Shown in pieces: positions 26,901 to 35,609 of a stretch of DNA of 40,528 bases; position 1 is the first letter of the stretch, and each line of letters begins with the position of its first letter. Source of the DNA: a virus (taxonomy: Duplodnaviria; Caudoviricetes); the IMG/VR virus record IMGVR_UViG_3300008255_000224, positions 1 to 40,528 of that record, one strand, 5' to 3'. A model generated the notes under the pieces. That model saw only the letters and a list, made by a program, of their open reading frames with translations. It ran no database searches and was not told the DNA's origin. The position numbers and the translations under genes were made by a program.

Positions 26901-29900
26901 ATTCAGAAGCCCATGGAACCAGCACCGATGCTGGACGATGATTCTTTTAAGAAGATCGAGACCAAGCTCAAGCTCAACCACAAAGTCAAATACAAGATGA
27001 TGGATATTGGCAACTCCATCGATGAGGATCCCACTGTGATGTCAGCATACAGAGAGATCCAGTATGACGGCACCCTGCCGCAGTCATTCATAAAAGGCCT
27101 GGCACCAGAAGAACAGGTAAAGAGCTTCAGCTTCCACCAGGGAAAATGGAAGCTGGACGATTTCTACCTGGAGAACCAGAACCTCTACACGCTGCTTGAG
27201 GATCTGGAGACTGATCACGATTTCATATCAGATGAGCAGTACGAGAAGCAGGCCAAGTACATCGAGGATCATCTGCCCAGGTGGATCGAGGCAAAGAACA
27301 TCAATGTCCATCCTACCTCTGAGCTGTGGAAGAACATCCAGACGGCCAATGGCGTGTCTGTTCGTGATGAGTTCCTGTCGAGACTGAGATCCTATCCGGC
27401 TGATATGTTCGAGGGAATAGGGATCGGCACTACCATCAGCTATGTCAGCGGAGAGAACCTGACCCAGGGGAAGATGACCGACGAAGAGCGGCACTTCATC
27501 CGCAACAATGCCTCCAGGATCGCCGTGAAGCTGTTTCGGTACTATCTGTCCCAGATCGATACCGATCCAGCCACCAAGAAGATCATCGAGGACGATTTCA
27601 ACAAACAGAAGAACGCCTATGTCTTTGTCTCCCATAAAGATATGCCGATGGAGACAAAGGTGAATAAGGATTTCGCCAAGAACTTCGAGCTCAATTCCGC
27701 ACAGCATGAGGCAATCGGCTTCCTACTGGCCAGGGGAAAAGGGATCGCTGCCCTGGATGTCGGTGTAGGAAAGACGCTCACCGCCGTGATCGCTACCCAG
27801 GAGCTGTTCAATCGTGGCTGGGCGAAACGAGCCGCACTGATCGCACCCAATCCAACCGTGGGTGCCCAGTGGATCAATACGATCAAACGGATCTTCCCAG
27901 AGGCTACGATCTACGATTTCAGGGATTCAAAGAATATCGCCAGCTTCGCCGGTCGGAAGCTGGATGAGCGGTCATTCACGGTAATGACCCAGAAAGGCAT
28001 GGACAAACTCTCGCTGACTGACGATTCATACTTTGAGCTGATCGACGAGCTGACCGAGGCCATGGGAGGTGAAGAGCTCACGCCCAGGGAACGAGACCAA
28101 TTCATCGAGAAGGTCAAGGAGCTGATCGGCCAGGCCAAGATGGGCACCAGTCCTGTCACCCTGGAAGAGCTCGGCATTGATCACCTGGTCATGGACGAGG
28201 CTCACAACTACAACCATGTGATCGAGGGTGTGCCAAAGAAGCTGGACAAAAAGACCGGTAAACCGATCCGCAATCCCTACACTGAGCTGCAAATGAACCG
28301 CAGCAAGCGTGGGCTCAAGATGTTCATCATGGCCAAGCACATCCTGAAACACAACAACAACCGTAATGTGTTCCTGATGACGGCTACTCCGTTTGCCAAC
28401 AATCCGCTCGAGCAATACACCCTGTTCTCCATGGTCGCTGCCCAGGAGATGAAGGATCGTGGTGTCTACAATGTGCGTGAGTTCACGGACACCTTCTTCG
28501 AGATGGAGATGCTCAGAGTGGTCAAGCCGTCCGGCAATATCGACTTCGCATCCGTGGTCACGAAGTTCAAAAACTTCGATGTGTACCGCCAGATGGTGGG
28601 ATCCTCCATGCTCAAGATCGACGGAGAGGATGCCGGCGTGATCCGGCCGGAGAAGCACAACAATGAAGTGTACCTCAATCCGAGTGAGCTACAGCTCAAC
28701 CAGGGGCTCCAGCTGTCCGCTCGGTACAATGAGCTGACGAAAGAATTGAAGAAGCTGAATAGGTACGATGCGGAAGCAGCCGCCAGAGCCAAGAAGCTGA
28801 ATGGTGAGAGACTATCCTGTTCTCAGGCCATGATCGCCAATTCGTTCTCGCAGTATGCCGGTACCGCCTACACAGGAGACAAACCAACGCCAAAGGAGTT
28901 TGGAGACAATACCCCAGTGGTCAGGGCTACCGCTCTGGCGATCAAGGAACGCCACAAACAGAATCCCCAGGCCAGGGTGATCATCTACATTGGCAACCTG
29001 CAAAATAAATCGCTAGGCCTGAACTTCCACCATGCGACCAGGGACTACCTGATCCAGGAGTTCGGCTACAAAGCAGAGGAGATCGGACTGATCAATGGAT
29101 CCGTGTCGCAGGCCAAGAGAGTGCAGATGCAGGACGCCTTCAACAAAGGCAAGGTCAAGATCATGATCGGCACCTACGCTATGGCCGAGGGTGTGGATCT
29201 CCAGAAACGCACCACTGACATCTTCGTCCTCACGCCTATGTGGAACTACACCAACTACAAACAGCTCGCAGGACGAGCCTGGAGGCAGGGAAACGAGAAT
29301 AAGCACCTCATGTACAACCTGATGCTCACCAAGAACACCGGAGCCGTCTTTGTGGCTCAGAAGAACGCACAGAAGGAACGGCGTGAGAAAGAACTGAATA
29401 AAGCGGTCAAGCGTGGTGAACAGGTCATGGAGGTTGAGGGAGATGAGGTATCGTTTGATGAGGTACTGGCTTCGCTGATGACCGATCCAGTGCAGAGGGT
29501 GGAGATCGAACGCAAGATGGAAGAGGAATCGATCAAGATCGATCTGGCTGGCCTGTCCGGCCGGCTGGCTACCCTAGAGGATCTCTGGCAGGGTATCTCG
29601 GTGAAGAACCTGGAATACCTGATCAGGGAGGATGAGGCTCAGATCGAGAGCAACCAACGCCGGATCGCTGAGGCAAAGCAGTTTATGAAGGACTGGCCGG
29701 ATGATGCCAAAAAGCAGGAACAGTACACCAAGCAGATAGCGGCCAACCATAAGAATATCGCCAGCAAACGAGTGTCGATCACGAATATCAAAAGCCGGAT
29801 CGAGACCCTGGCCAGGCAGAAGGAGCAGGAGGGTGTCACCCAGGAGATGATCGATGCCCTCAAGGCTAAGATCGAAGAGAAGCGGAAGGCGAAAGATAAC

Positions 29901-32900
29901 ATCAGTGCTAAGTTCGCAGAGAAAGAAAAGCAGGCCATCGAAGATCGCAAGAACATGAAGTATGAGGAGAACGACTACAAAGCCATCACCCAGGAATACC
30001 TGGAGCGATCCGCAGGCCTGTTCCCCAGAGTGTCCGTGTTCCCGAAGATAGCGGCCGGCACCTCTGCTTCCTTTGGCGGCAGCCGTATGGCCTCATACGA
30101 GCCCAGGGAAAAACAGCTGGAGAATAAAAAGTTCCTCATGCGTGACAAGGTGGTAGGCCTGATCGACAAGTATGCACAGAGCATCGGTGAAGGCTTCCTG
30201 CCCTATAGAGCGGCCGGTATCTACAATCAGAGAACCAAGAACATCAGGGTACAGTCAGTCAATAACCTGAGTGTCGCCGCTCACGAGATCACGCATTTCC
30301 TGGATCACGCCTACGACATCAGCAAGCCCATGCTGGCCACAATCGGAGAGAATGCCAAGGGAAACCCCATCTATGCCCCTGAGACCGCTCCTTTCCGCAA
30401 GGAAATGACCAGCCTGTACGAAACCTACTACCCAGGCGGAAGCAAAAAACACTCCTTAAAGAAGAGAATGGTAGAGGGATTCGCCACTTTGCTACAGAAA
30501 TATGTAGAAACTCCCTCAAACATAGAGCTTTTGTACCCAACACTGGTGAAGGAGTTTTTGCAGGAGGGTGGGAAATACTACAAGCCGATCATGGGCGAAA
30601 TCCTCAAGGATCTGAATGACATCGTTGCGGAGTATCAGGCACTGGACGAGATGGCCGAGCTGGCCGCAGTCATGGTGTCGAACGAGAAAGAGGATGTGGT
30701 AGACAAAGAGAGCTTCCTGTCACTACATGAGAAACTCCGGACAGAGCTGGCTGATGGCCTGTTCCCCCTGGAGGTTGTAGATCAGGATCTCAACATCTTC
30801 AATACGAAGAAATCCAGCTATCTCGCTATGACGCAGGCCAGGAACTACAAAGCCATCGTCGCCAACAATCTGTTCAGCGACCGTGGGTACTACGCCTGGC
30901 GGAACGGTGAGTTCGTCAAGGTGCACAAGTTCAACTGGAAAACCCTGATCGACAACTTGAGAGAAGACAAGACACTGGACACCTTCGGCTATTACCTTGT
31001 GGCAAGGAGACAGCATTTCGACTACCTGGAGCTGGACGAGCTGGCACAGAAGATCATCGACATCCAGGCGGCGTATGACAACATGGCGACCAGCCTGGTG
31101 AAGAATGACGGTGTGGCTGAGGCCGATGTGGCCAAGGAGATTCGGAAGCTCAAGAACGCAGACGGTCTATCCCTGGATGAGGAGCTGGAGCAGGCGATCA
31201 ATGACCGAGCCGAGCTGGCACAAGTCCTGGAGCAGGATGGCTTCGTTCGTGAGAAAATGACCAATGTGTACGAGCACAACAAAGCTCAGTACGCCCAAGA
31301 CGAGAAGATGTACGACACCCTGGTGGCTGAGGATCTGGACTTTCTCGCCGCTCCGGAGATCCAGCTGGTGAAGAAGAAGAAGAGAGACGAGCTCAAGAAA
31401 AAACAGGGCTATGCTACCTACAAGCGTGAGGTGGAGGATCAGATCGTTGGTGAGGCCAATGGATCCTCGGCAATCAAGGTGGGCAAGACCAAGGTATCGT
31501 CCATGATGAGACGCACTGGATCCGAGAAGAGCATCTATAACCCGATCTATGGGGCGATCCTCAATCACTCCGAGATCATCAAGAAGGGGCTCCAGCAGGC
31601 GGTCTACAACCGGATCGGGGACATCGCCATGACCGGCGGACTGCCGCTCCTGTTCGAGAACGGCACCCTGGAAGTACACAGGGATGAGAAGTCCGGCCGG
31701 CTCTCCTATCCTCAGGAGAGGGATCCTCATATCATTATGGCCAGGATCAAGGAAAAGCGTGTGCCTATCCTGGTAGACGCTCAGATCAAGTTCATCATCG
31801 ACAATGCCCTGACCTACAAGCATATGCACATATTCGAGCAGCTCCTGGTAACGGCCGCCAAGATGTTCACCCTGGGCACCACTGGCTTCTACTGGATCTT
31901 TCCAGTGACCAATGTTCCCCAGGATCAGATCACTGCGGCAGTCAATTCGAGCCACAAGTTCATACCTCTGATCTCTCCGCTCAAGACACTATGGGACATG
32001 GTGTGGAAAAAGGATCCGGTAACACAGAAGTATTGGACGGAGTACATAGAGCTGGCCGGCATGAGGCAGACCATGGTGGGATCCGTGGCTATGTCGCCGG
32101 TCAGGCTGTTCTCTGCGATCAATCAGGAGAAGAACGCAATCGAGAAGGTCATCGATCTGGTATCGAAAGGCCTGGATCTCATGGCTATGCCCTCATCCGC
32201 CAGCGAGATCATCACCAGGATCACGGAGTATATCAATTCCAGGAAGGCCGGCGACACCCAGGCCGCAGCACTGGAAAAGGCCGCTCGTGTATCTGGCTCG
32301 TTCTCTCACATCGGCCTCTTGTCTAACCGGATGTTCAATAAGAAGAGCCAACGGCTGTCTGGTGAGGCATGGTGGAAGATGAACGCATTTTCCAATACAG
32401 GCTTCCAGATCCTCGACGGAACACTCCGAGCCCTGGAGGGAGCCGATGGCGGATCCGGCAAGCCACCTGGAAACATTCTGGGCTGGCAGTCGTCCGGCTT
32501 CGGGAAGAACCGACGATTCAAGCTCACCCCTGGCGGCCGGCGTGTCTACTTCGCTGTCCTGGCGACGATGGCGGTCATGATCGCTTCGATAGCCTATCTC
32601 AAGCAGTATGCCAGTGAGGAACAGAAACAACAGTGGCTGGATCTCTACCCAGAGGATCTGACCAAGTTCGTCTACTTCCCCAATTTCGGAGGTAGTGGGC
32701 TCACCAGGATCCGTGTCAGTGAGACCTTCAGTTCCCTGGCGGCCGTGGTCAATATGCTGATCGGTGAGCAGATCCTCGGAGCTGACTACACGACCAATGA
32801 CTACATCACCGCCGGTACCTCCTGGCTGCCGCAACAGTTCAATCCGCTCCTGCCTATGAAGTGGTTCCTCAGTATCTGGCCTACCACTGTCATGAATGTC

Positions 32901-33521
32901 CTGACACCTATGCTGGGAGTAAAGACCTATCCGGAAGTGCGTGCTCTGGAAAGCATTGGACAGTCCAGGCTCCCACCTAGTGACCGTATGAACGAGGACA
33001 CATCCTGGATGGCGAAGCAGATCAGCAAAATCCCTCTCATGGATGGAAAGAACCTGGGCGACACGCTGAATATGTCGCCGCTCAAGATCGATGCCCTGAT
33101 CACCGGCACCCTGGGACGAGCCTCAGGATACGCGACCGGCAAGCCCTCCATGTGGAAGGCCAGCAATCCGTTTGAACGAGAATACTATTTCACCATGGGG
33201 CGGCGTGTCGGTGTGATGTATGATGTTGTCAGTGCAGTGGATCAGCAGTACAACCGGTACCAGCATGGAAAGATCACGCTGTCATCTGACCAGGTGAGAG
33301 ATCTGTACCGCAAAAAGCAGATCGGTGATGCGTTCTCGGAAAGTATGTCCGATTTCAGGAAGCTGGATATCGAGCAGACACCTGAGAAAAAGGTAGTGAA
33401 ACAGAGAGAGGACATCATCAAACTGATCGATATGATGGAATCGGACAAAGTTCTGCCAGGCTTCAGCGATAAGAGGACGACCTACTGGAAGAACCGCCGG
33501 AAGAATTTGCAGGAGCTATAA
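20910..33521 (+). CDS. 4203-aa polyvalent virion/ejection protein with DarB-like MTase-helicase core
   Basis: FYRG...WLT...AAEYG (ART-like); HEIQH; EPAIGTG and NPPY (N6-adenine MTase); DVGVGKT, DEAH, TATP, GRAWRQGN (SF2/SNF2); HEITH...EGFA; SPLKIDALITGTLG (LPD38-like). Confidence 0.9.
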   Translation: MPIRAFVKRSEQANTPTPAAAAPAPAPTRRAFGYNLRPAPAPVDTTIRSALPGQPLQTTTPMQSMMFQPLGATASTPGLSVPFTNNAGRINLGGDLTVNGARPSGLGVLDSSGLDVKGALSRLTQMEMMPAPQAQAGLPGMSGSGSGMQISRTDNLTVGETGGTGSNALFPEQADEQYRKSATDLSDLDKFTLGLARASDPTIMSFLSSDSDVQFDNNDFFTGLGAGVGILINAPIQMIKAPGSYGTEGIRKSIEQNDAPIPLAILRGLGYGAADMAYDTGAFAIGEAKSLIDGTLWKQFQTSPIEALARVAVDVYAARAAYLGVKATVKPYLTEPMMKATGFGNWELITRDVVYKIQNAKPGEVVGFTPAEAQVYKLLDNRIKRKIANVNNPTPMEARTVTSSMFNGVKDNPIAKGVARVFGIKDQIVKGTEVMSAQTRGTSIPVPAVPEAPRSLGTGAVTNPDAAPGVPSEILKNVINDTKATPAQKLQELIDREKVYDLSPDQIVQVNQYKSLLQDLIKKEEEIKRISNAKPSTKADQSLIDSVVGKLDKDEALAKTFTVEKFIDQTTKTYKMAEDPDDMPGLGKRVIEDVSMKVSDILKDMEWEQAFKRSVEGNTAIENSLAKAEEYSREFAKLNPTIYFGGARSFTIPVLPVQTQPDSKNQAPTSPQEAVSAPSGTSGHPEVQSAQPAPTIKEETTFYRGGGHGSMPKGMTAADIINYERDELGNADITVEPGIEIEWLKADSLIWLTESKDAAAEYGDVEPVKISNYKIVARDGQGGVLVWPVKTPATGTNQRTADQIAADQKQKDAVEKLEQENGQILSKARLYDTAASRVRQGRSTQAEFNDLQAKGMLSTEEEYQQAQEIRKQIQAIKDTPVGSLVQSGEKSPVPSEKSPAKPYDPAKEILAATQEPTTSPTTKPTTSDPEKTMTIGELPFLDPVEYADVADIPVEFNAETPSAQIVLAKYEDENGIVVSQEVVKIWLNPMLDDKEAKISMIHEIQHARDVRAGIILEPEFTPEQKDWLLTPEGRTAVNMEKAKMPAGTPIEDVAMKVLHDRYEATPQEVRARQAVEDAKAKDEVLYKSHKVGDLHSIGGIPSELVRLESYDGVDYELWDSAGLDSTVATIRVYDTGAGEFVTIQKYKDFDKAEEVYNTETKILKKMDAPAKKPEWGNPEDIKKAQVSAKAGEILDAKKAKENAASAQDMATRTSLPGFGAEIRTGQQSIFDVKPDLEVVATAVEKDGKSLTTEEQSDYLRFTLQDMVNKEITAMIPELENATVGERIIAGEQDGYVKNGTWIGVKAVFPSWYYQLPYTPARADIINIMQNEDSDSMIRDKLKEIAHDRLLNGSEEKTGFGKIPADENYKAVFEEFSKTNAPDTAQRTADQDSEQHNQKPELVNAPPVKTPSFTEKVKAGDRSAVIPKVSEVTVDGVTLEKFENSTVKIMDETLMTTSAGIRVAGRFVDLGLGVGSRIGFVHKSNTGAWMVADYETGIAYGGNKTRTEALETARKLIINGWQNFPIIIQGSRKVNELPASMMIEKPQGSIIQPKAETIKPEVLDGQSADAGAGSSDNAGEVPDAQRLGSADTGKADTVNGEPTVRGEPQGSAVSIIDAGDGSGGRKSGTAVIHPTRRTVKKTATSRLALNQQVEEIIHSKGNEERFDPAAYDEAEKRILSQYSGYGGIREREDGQVDGALDEFFTPSKLVRFTYKKLIDIMGADALAKVEYVVEPAIGTGNFVAFSPLADTKFHGYEINTYSAVVSKVLNPGMVMETKEKQKKTDYYSYHPIYETIPQGFQEQFIQDNTGGHLPEPYADLVVGNPPYGKYIGEAKGMGEGTEFGTFIEYFIGRGLAILKDGGHLAYVVDSRFLRGASSKGKEAIARLGEFVGSYRFPNGAFGETGTDVGTDLVIFKRIPTEDSLVISGRVARMSNISDEVMMQKTPENIFGEPGVRSGRFGEEPFVKGSMADIPTVDNEDFVEVRSHPSNVTSKAKIIIQKPMEPAPMLDDDSFKKIETKLKLNHKVKYKMMDIGNSIDEDPTVMSAYREIQYDGTLPQSFIKGLAPEEQVKSFSFHQGKWKLDDFYLENQNLYTLLEDLETDHDFISDEQYEKQAKYIEDHLPRWIEAKNINVHPTSELWKNIQTANGVSVRDEFLSRLRSYPADMFEGIGIGTTISYVSGENLTQGKMTDEERHFIRNNASRIAVKLFRYYLSQIDTDPATKKIIEDDFNKQKNAYVFVSHKDMPMETKVNKDFAKNFELNSAQHEAIGFLLARGKGIAALDVGVGKTLTAVIATQELFNRGWAKRAALIAPNPTVGAQWINTIKRIFPEATIYDFRDSKNIASFAGRKLDERSFTVMTQKGMDKLSLTDDSYFELIDELTEAMGGEELTPRERDQFIEKVKELIGQAKMGTSPVTLEELGIDHLVMDEAHNYNHVIEGVPKKLDKKTGKPIRNPYTELQMNRSKRGLKMFIMAKHILKHNNNRNVFLMTATPFANNPLEQYTLFSMVAAQEMKDRGVYNVREFTDTFFEMEMLRVVKPSGNIDFASVVTKFKNFDVYRQMVGSSMLKIDGEDAGVIRPEKHNNEVYLNPSELQLNQGLQLSARYNELTKELKKLNRYDAEAAARAKKLNGERLSCSQAMIANSFSQYAGTAYTGDKPTPKEFGDNTPVVRATALAIKERHKQNPQARVIIYIGNLQNKSLGLNFHHATRDYLIQEFGYKAEEIGLINGSVSQAKRVQMQDAFNKGKVKIMIGTYAMAEGVDLQKRTTDIFVLTPMWNYTNYKQLAGRAWRQGNENKHLMYNLMLTKNTGAVFVAQKNAQKERREKELNKAVKRGEQVMEVEGDEVSFDEVLASLMTDPVQRVEIERKMEEESIKIDLAGLSGRLATLEDLWQGISVKNLEYLIREDEAQIESNQRRIAEAKQFMKDWPDDAKKQEQYTKQIAANHKNIASKRVSITNIKSRIETLARQKEQEGVTQEMIDALKAKIEEKRKAKDNISAKFAEKEKQAIEDRKNMKYEENDYKAITQEYLERSAGLFPRVSVFPKIAAGTSASFGGSRMASYEPREKQLENKKFLMRDKVVGLIDKYAQSIGEGFLPYRAAGIYNQRTKNIRVQSVNNLSVAAHEITHFLDHAYDISKPMLATIGENAKGNPIYAPETAPFRKEMTSLYETYYPGGSKKHSLKKRMVEGFATLLQKYVETPSNIELLYPTLVKEFLQEGGKYYKPIMGEILKDLNDIVAEYQALDEMAELAAVMVSNEKEDVVDKESFLSLHEKLRTELADGLFPLEVVDQDLNIFNTKKSSYLAMTQARNYKAIVANNLFSDRGYYAWRNGEFVKVHKFNWKTLIDNLREDKTLDTFGYYLVARRQHFDYLELDELAQKIIDIQAAYDNMATSLVKNDGVAEADVAKEIRKLKNADGLSLDEELEQAINDRAELAQVLEQDGFVREKMTNVYEHNKAQYAQDEKMYDTLVAEDLDFLAAPEIQLVKKKKRDELKKKQGYATYKREVEDQIVGEANGSSAIKVGKTKVSSMMRRTGSEKSIYNPIYGAILNHSEIIKKGLQQAVYNRIGDIAMTGGLPLLFENGTLEVHRDEKSGRLSYPQERDPHIIMARIKEKRVPILVDAQIKFIIDNALTYKHMHIFEQLLVTAAKMFTLGTTGFYWIFPVTNVPQDQITAAVNSSHKFIPLISPLKTLWDMVWKKDPVTQKYWTEYIELAGMRQTMVGSVAMSPVRLFSAINQEKNAIEKVIDLVSKGLDLMAMPSSASEIITRITEYINSRKAGDTQAAALEKAARVSGSFSHIGLLSNRMFNKKSQRLSGEAWWKMNAFSNTGFQILDGTLRALEGADGGSGKPPGNILGWQSSGFGKNRRFKLTPGGRRVYFAVLATMAVMIASIAYLKQYASEEQKQQWLDLYPEDLTKFVYFPNFGGSGLTRIRVSETFSSLAAVVNMLIGEQILGADYTTNDYITAGTSWLPQQFNPLLPMKWFLSIWPTTVMNVLTPMLGVKTYPEVRALESIGQSRLPPSDRMNEDTSWMAKQISKIPLMDGKNLGDTLNMSPLKIDALITGTLGRASGYATGKPSMWKASNPFEREYYFTMGRRVGVMYDVVSAVDQQYNRYQHGKITLSSDQVRDLYRKKQIGDAFSESMSDFRKLDIEQTPEKKVVKQREDIIKLIDMMESDKVLPGFSDKRTTYWKNRRKNLQEL
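25597..25824 (+). CDS. 75-aa protein nested in the +1 frame of the giant gene
   Basis: GGAGGTG 4 nt before the ATG; TATAAT at 25553-25558; helical protein-like sequence while the host frame is a disordered linker. Confidence 0.65.
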   Translation: MANQPMQVLGVAITPEKYPMLSDWDPQTLEKQILSTVNRLYEGNLKAVPSALSMLEMDLAAERAVQLSYIPPDEP

Positions 33522-33531
33522 AGGAGATTCG

Positions 33532-33798
33532 ATGCCAGATGTCACGATGGAAGTGCTGATCACAGCGATTGCCCAAATAGGAATAGGAGGGATATTCGTA
33601 TGGCTGTACATCAATAAGGACAGACAGCATCAGTACTTGCAAGACAAGGTGTTGCGAGTGTTCGAGAAACAAACAGAGATGAATGGAGAGCTCAAATCTG
33701 TGATCCAGAAGAACACTGAGGTATCAGAGAAAACCCTGACTCTCACGGAGCAGGTGTACAAAGAGCTACTTATTGGAAAAGGAAGGGATAGAACATGA
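33532..33798 (+). CDS. Holin-like protein, BhlA/UviB-like
   Basis: One N-terminal TM (QIGIGGIFVWLYI) followed by a coiled coil; start of the lysis cassette. Confidence 0.6.
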   Translation: MPDVTMEVLITAIAQIGIGGIFVWLYINKDRQHQYLQDKVLRVFEKQTEMNGELKSVIQKNTEVSEKTLTLTEQVYKELLIGKGRDRT

Positions 33799-34115
33799 GC
33801 GTTGATACCTTGAGATGGGTGAATCTGGTGGTGTGCGTGTTGTCGCTTGTTCCATCATTCTCTCTGATGATGATGTTGTGGAATGAGCGAAGCTGGGCCA
33901 AGAAGAGGCTCCTGTTGAATGGCCTCCTGGTCTCCCTAGTCGGTGTCCTGGGGATCCGATCAATCATACAAATCACTATCTACATTTTTTTACTGGCCAG
34001 CGTAGCAGTACCAGCTCTGGTGATCAATACGAGCAACCTGGTCGCCAATCTTATCTCTACCATATCTGTCTGGTTCCTCTGGCTGTACATCAATCATGTG
34101 AGAAAGGGGTGCTGA
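33795..34115 (+). CDS. Three-TM membrane protein in the lysis cassette
   Basis: Three hydrophobic segments; ATGA coupling. Confidence 0.7.
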   Translation: MSVDTLRWVNLVVCVLSLVPSFSLMMMLWNERSWAKKRLLLNGLLVSLVGVLGIRSIIQITIYIFLLASVAVPALVINTSNLVANLISTISVWFLWLYINHVRKGC

Positions 34116-34116
34116 C

Positions 34117-35184
34117 ATGGAGATCCTGTCTCAGCGTGATCCACGCTGGAAGTCTATTGTGCTTGGAAAATCCAATACCAAAATCGGAGGCTACGGCTGC
34201 ACGATCACCTGTGTGGCCATGCTGGCCGGCCTGACGCCGGATGTGGTCAATGCTCGCCTGAACGAGGTGGGAGGCTACGCTGCACCAGATAACGCTCCCA
34301 CGCAGAAGAACCTGATCAACTGGTACAAGGTGAACGCAGCGATCCCTGAGCTCCAGTTTCAGAGCAGGGTGCGGAGCATGGACTATGATGCCGTGAATGG
34401 TGCGGTCAACAACTTTGGTGCCTGCCTGGTGGAGGTGGACTTCGATGGAGCCAGGGGAAATCTCCGGCACTGGGTACTGTGGGTAGGCGGTGGCCGGATG
34501 TACGATCCCTGGACTGGTACAGAAGAGGACCTCGGGAAATATGAGCCAATCGGTTTCGCCATTATTGCCAAGGAGCCAGAGATGTCAGAACGCCAAAAGC
34601 AGATCCTCTCCAGGATCGGGGACGAAAACAACTTCTTCCTGGACGGAGATCCTATCACCCCTACCCAGCTACTCACGCTCTCCAGGGAAGAGGTGGATGT
34701 CTTCATTGTCGCTCAGTCCCAGAGAGACGCACTGTACGCCTCCCTCAAGGATCAGGAGCAGGCCAGGATCAAAGCGGAGAACGCCGAGACGGCCGCCAAG
34801 GATCAGCTGGCCACGACCAAGACCGAGCTCACCGCCAGCCGGCAGAAGGAAGCGGAAGTGGTGGGTAAGCTGTCCGTGATCCAGCAGCAGATCGACACGC
34901 TCACCAGGAAGCAGGAGATCTCGGACGCCAACTACAAAACACTCCAGGACAAATACCAGACAGACATGGCAAACAAGGACGAGCAGACCAACGCCGCACT
35001 CAAGGCCTGCCAAAGTCACGCTCAGGAGTATGAGGATCGACTGGAAGCAGCGCAGCAGGCATTCGCTCTGCATCTGTCCCAGAAGGATCAGGAGATCAAG
35101 GATCTCAGAGCGGCGATCATGGGAGAGCAGACCCCGGGAGATCTGTGGTCAGCGTTCTGGCGGAAGATCATGCGGATCAAATAG
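34117..35184 (+). CDS. C39-like cysteine peptidase (putative endolysin) with long coiled coil
   Basis: LSQRDPRW...GGYGCTITCVAM, HWVL, MYDPW give the Q/C/H/D pattern. Confidence 0.8.
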   Translation: MEILSQRDPRWKSIVLGKSNTKIGGYGCTITCVAMLAGLTPDVVNARLNEVGGYAAPDNAPTQKNLINWYKVNAAIPELQFQSRVRSMDYDAVNGAVNNFGACLVEVDFDGARGNLRHWVLWVGGGRMYDPWTGTEEDLGKYEPIGFAIIAKEPEMSERQKQILSRIGDENNFFLDGDPITPTQLLTLSREEVDVFIVAQSQRDALYASLKDQEQARIKAENAETAAKDQLATTKTELTASRQKEAEVVGKLSVIQQQIDTLTRKQEISDANYKTLQDKYQTDMANKDEQTNAALKACQSHAQEYEDRLEAAQQAFALHLSQKDQEIKDLRAAIMGEQTPGDLWSAFWRKIMRIK

Positions 35185-35316
35185 TCAAAGACATTAAGCT
35201 CGATGCTTGGTGTCCTCTACGGCAGGACGCCATTGTGGGCGATTTCGCACTACAAGGCCTCTTCCTGGTCATATAAGGTGTAGGGCTGGATAATCTATCA
35301 TTTGAAAGGGCAGTTT

Positions 35317-35556
35317 ATGGACAAGAAGGCACTGCTTGAGGCAACAAAGGAGTTTGGACGGTATGCGGTGATCGCTGTTGGATCCCTGGCGATCACGATT
35401 GCTGTGGATTTCGTGGCCGGTATGAACCTGAGCCCTGAGATGAAGGTGGCGATCACGGCGATCCTCACCCAGGTCGGCCGGTTTTTGGACAAATATAGGT
35501 TCGTCTCCACGAAAAACAATCCGGCAGTCGAGACGAAAGGCCTGGTCGATTTCTAG
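35317..35556 (+). CDS. Small two-TM holin-like protein
   Basis: Two hydrophobic stretches; ATG 35317 follows AAAGGG; lies after the peptidase. Confidence 0.6.
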   Translation: MDKKALLEATKEFGRYAVIAVGSLAITIAVDFVAGMNLSPEMKVAITAILTQVGRFLDKYRFVSTKNNPAVETKGLVDF

Positions 35557-35574
35557 AGGGATCCTCTGAGACCC

Positions 35575-35603
35575 TTGACGTAGGATCGGCGGCGTGGTAC
35601 AAT
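35575..35603 (+). promoter_or_regulatory. Strong sigma70-type promoter with extended -10
   Basis: TTGACG-N17-TACAAT with TGG immediately before the -10. Confidence 0.8.
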
Positions 35604-35609
35604 CTTCGT

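Noticed and set aside
5646-32834. Long minus-strand ORFs (e.g. 5646-6452, 12938-13723, 26202-26981, 31167-31955)
   Set aside because: Antisense shadows of codon-biased + strand genes, with no recognisable motifs.
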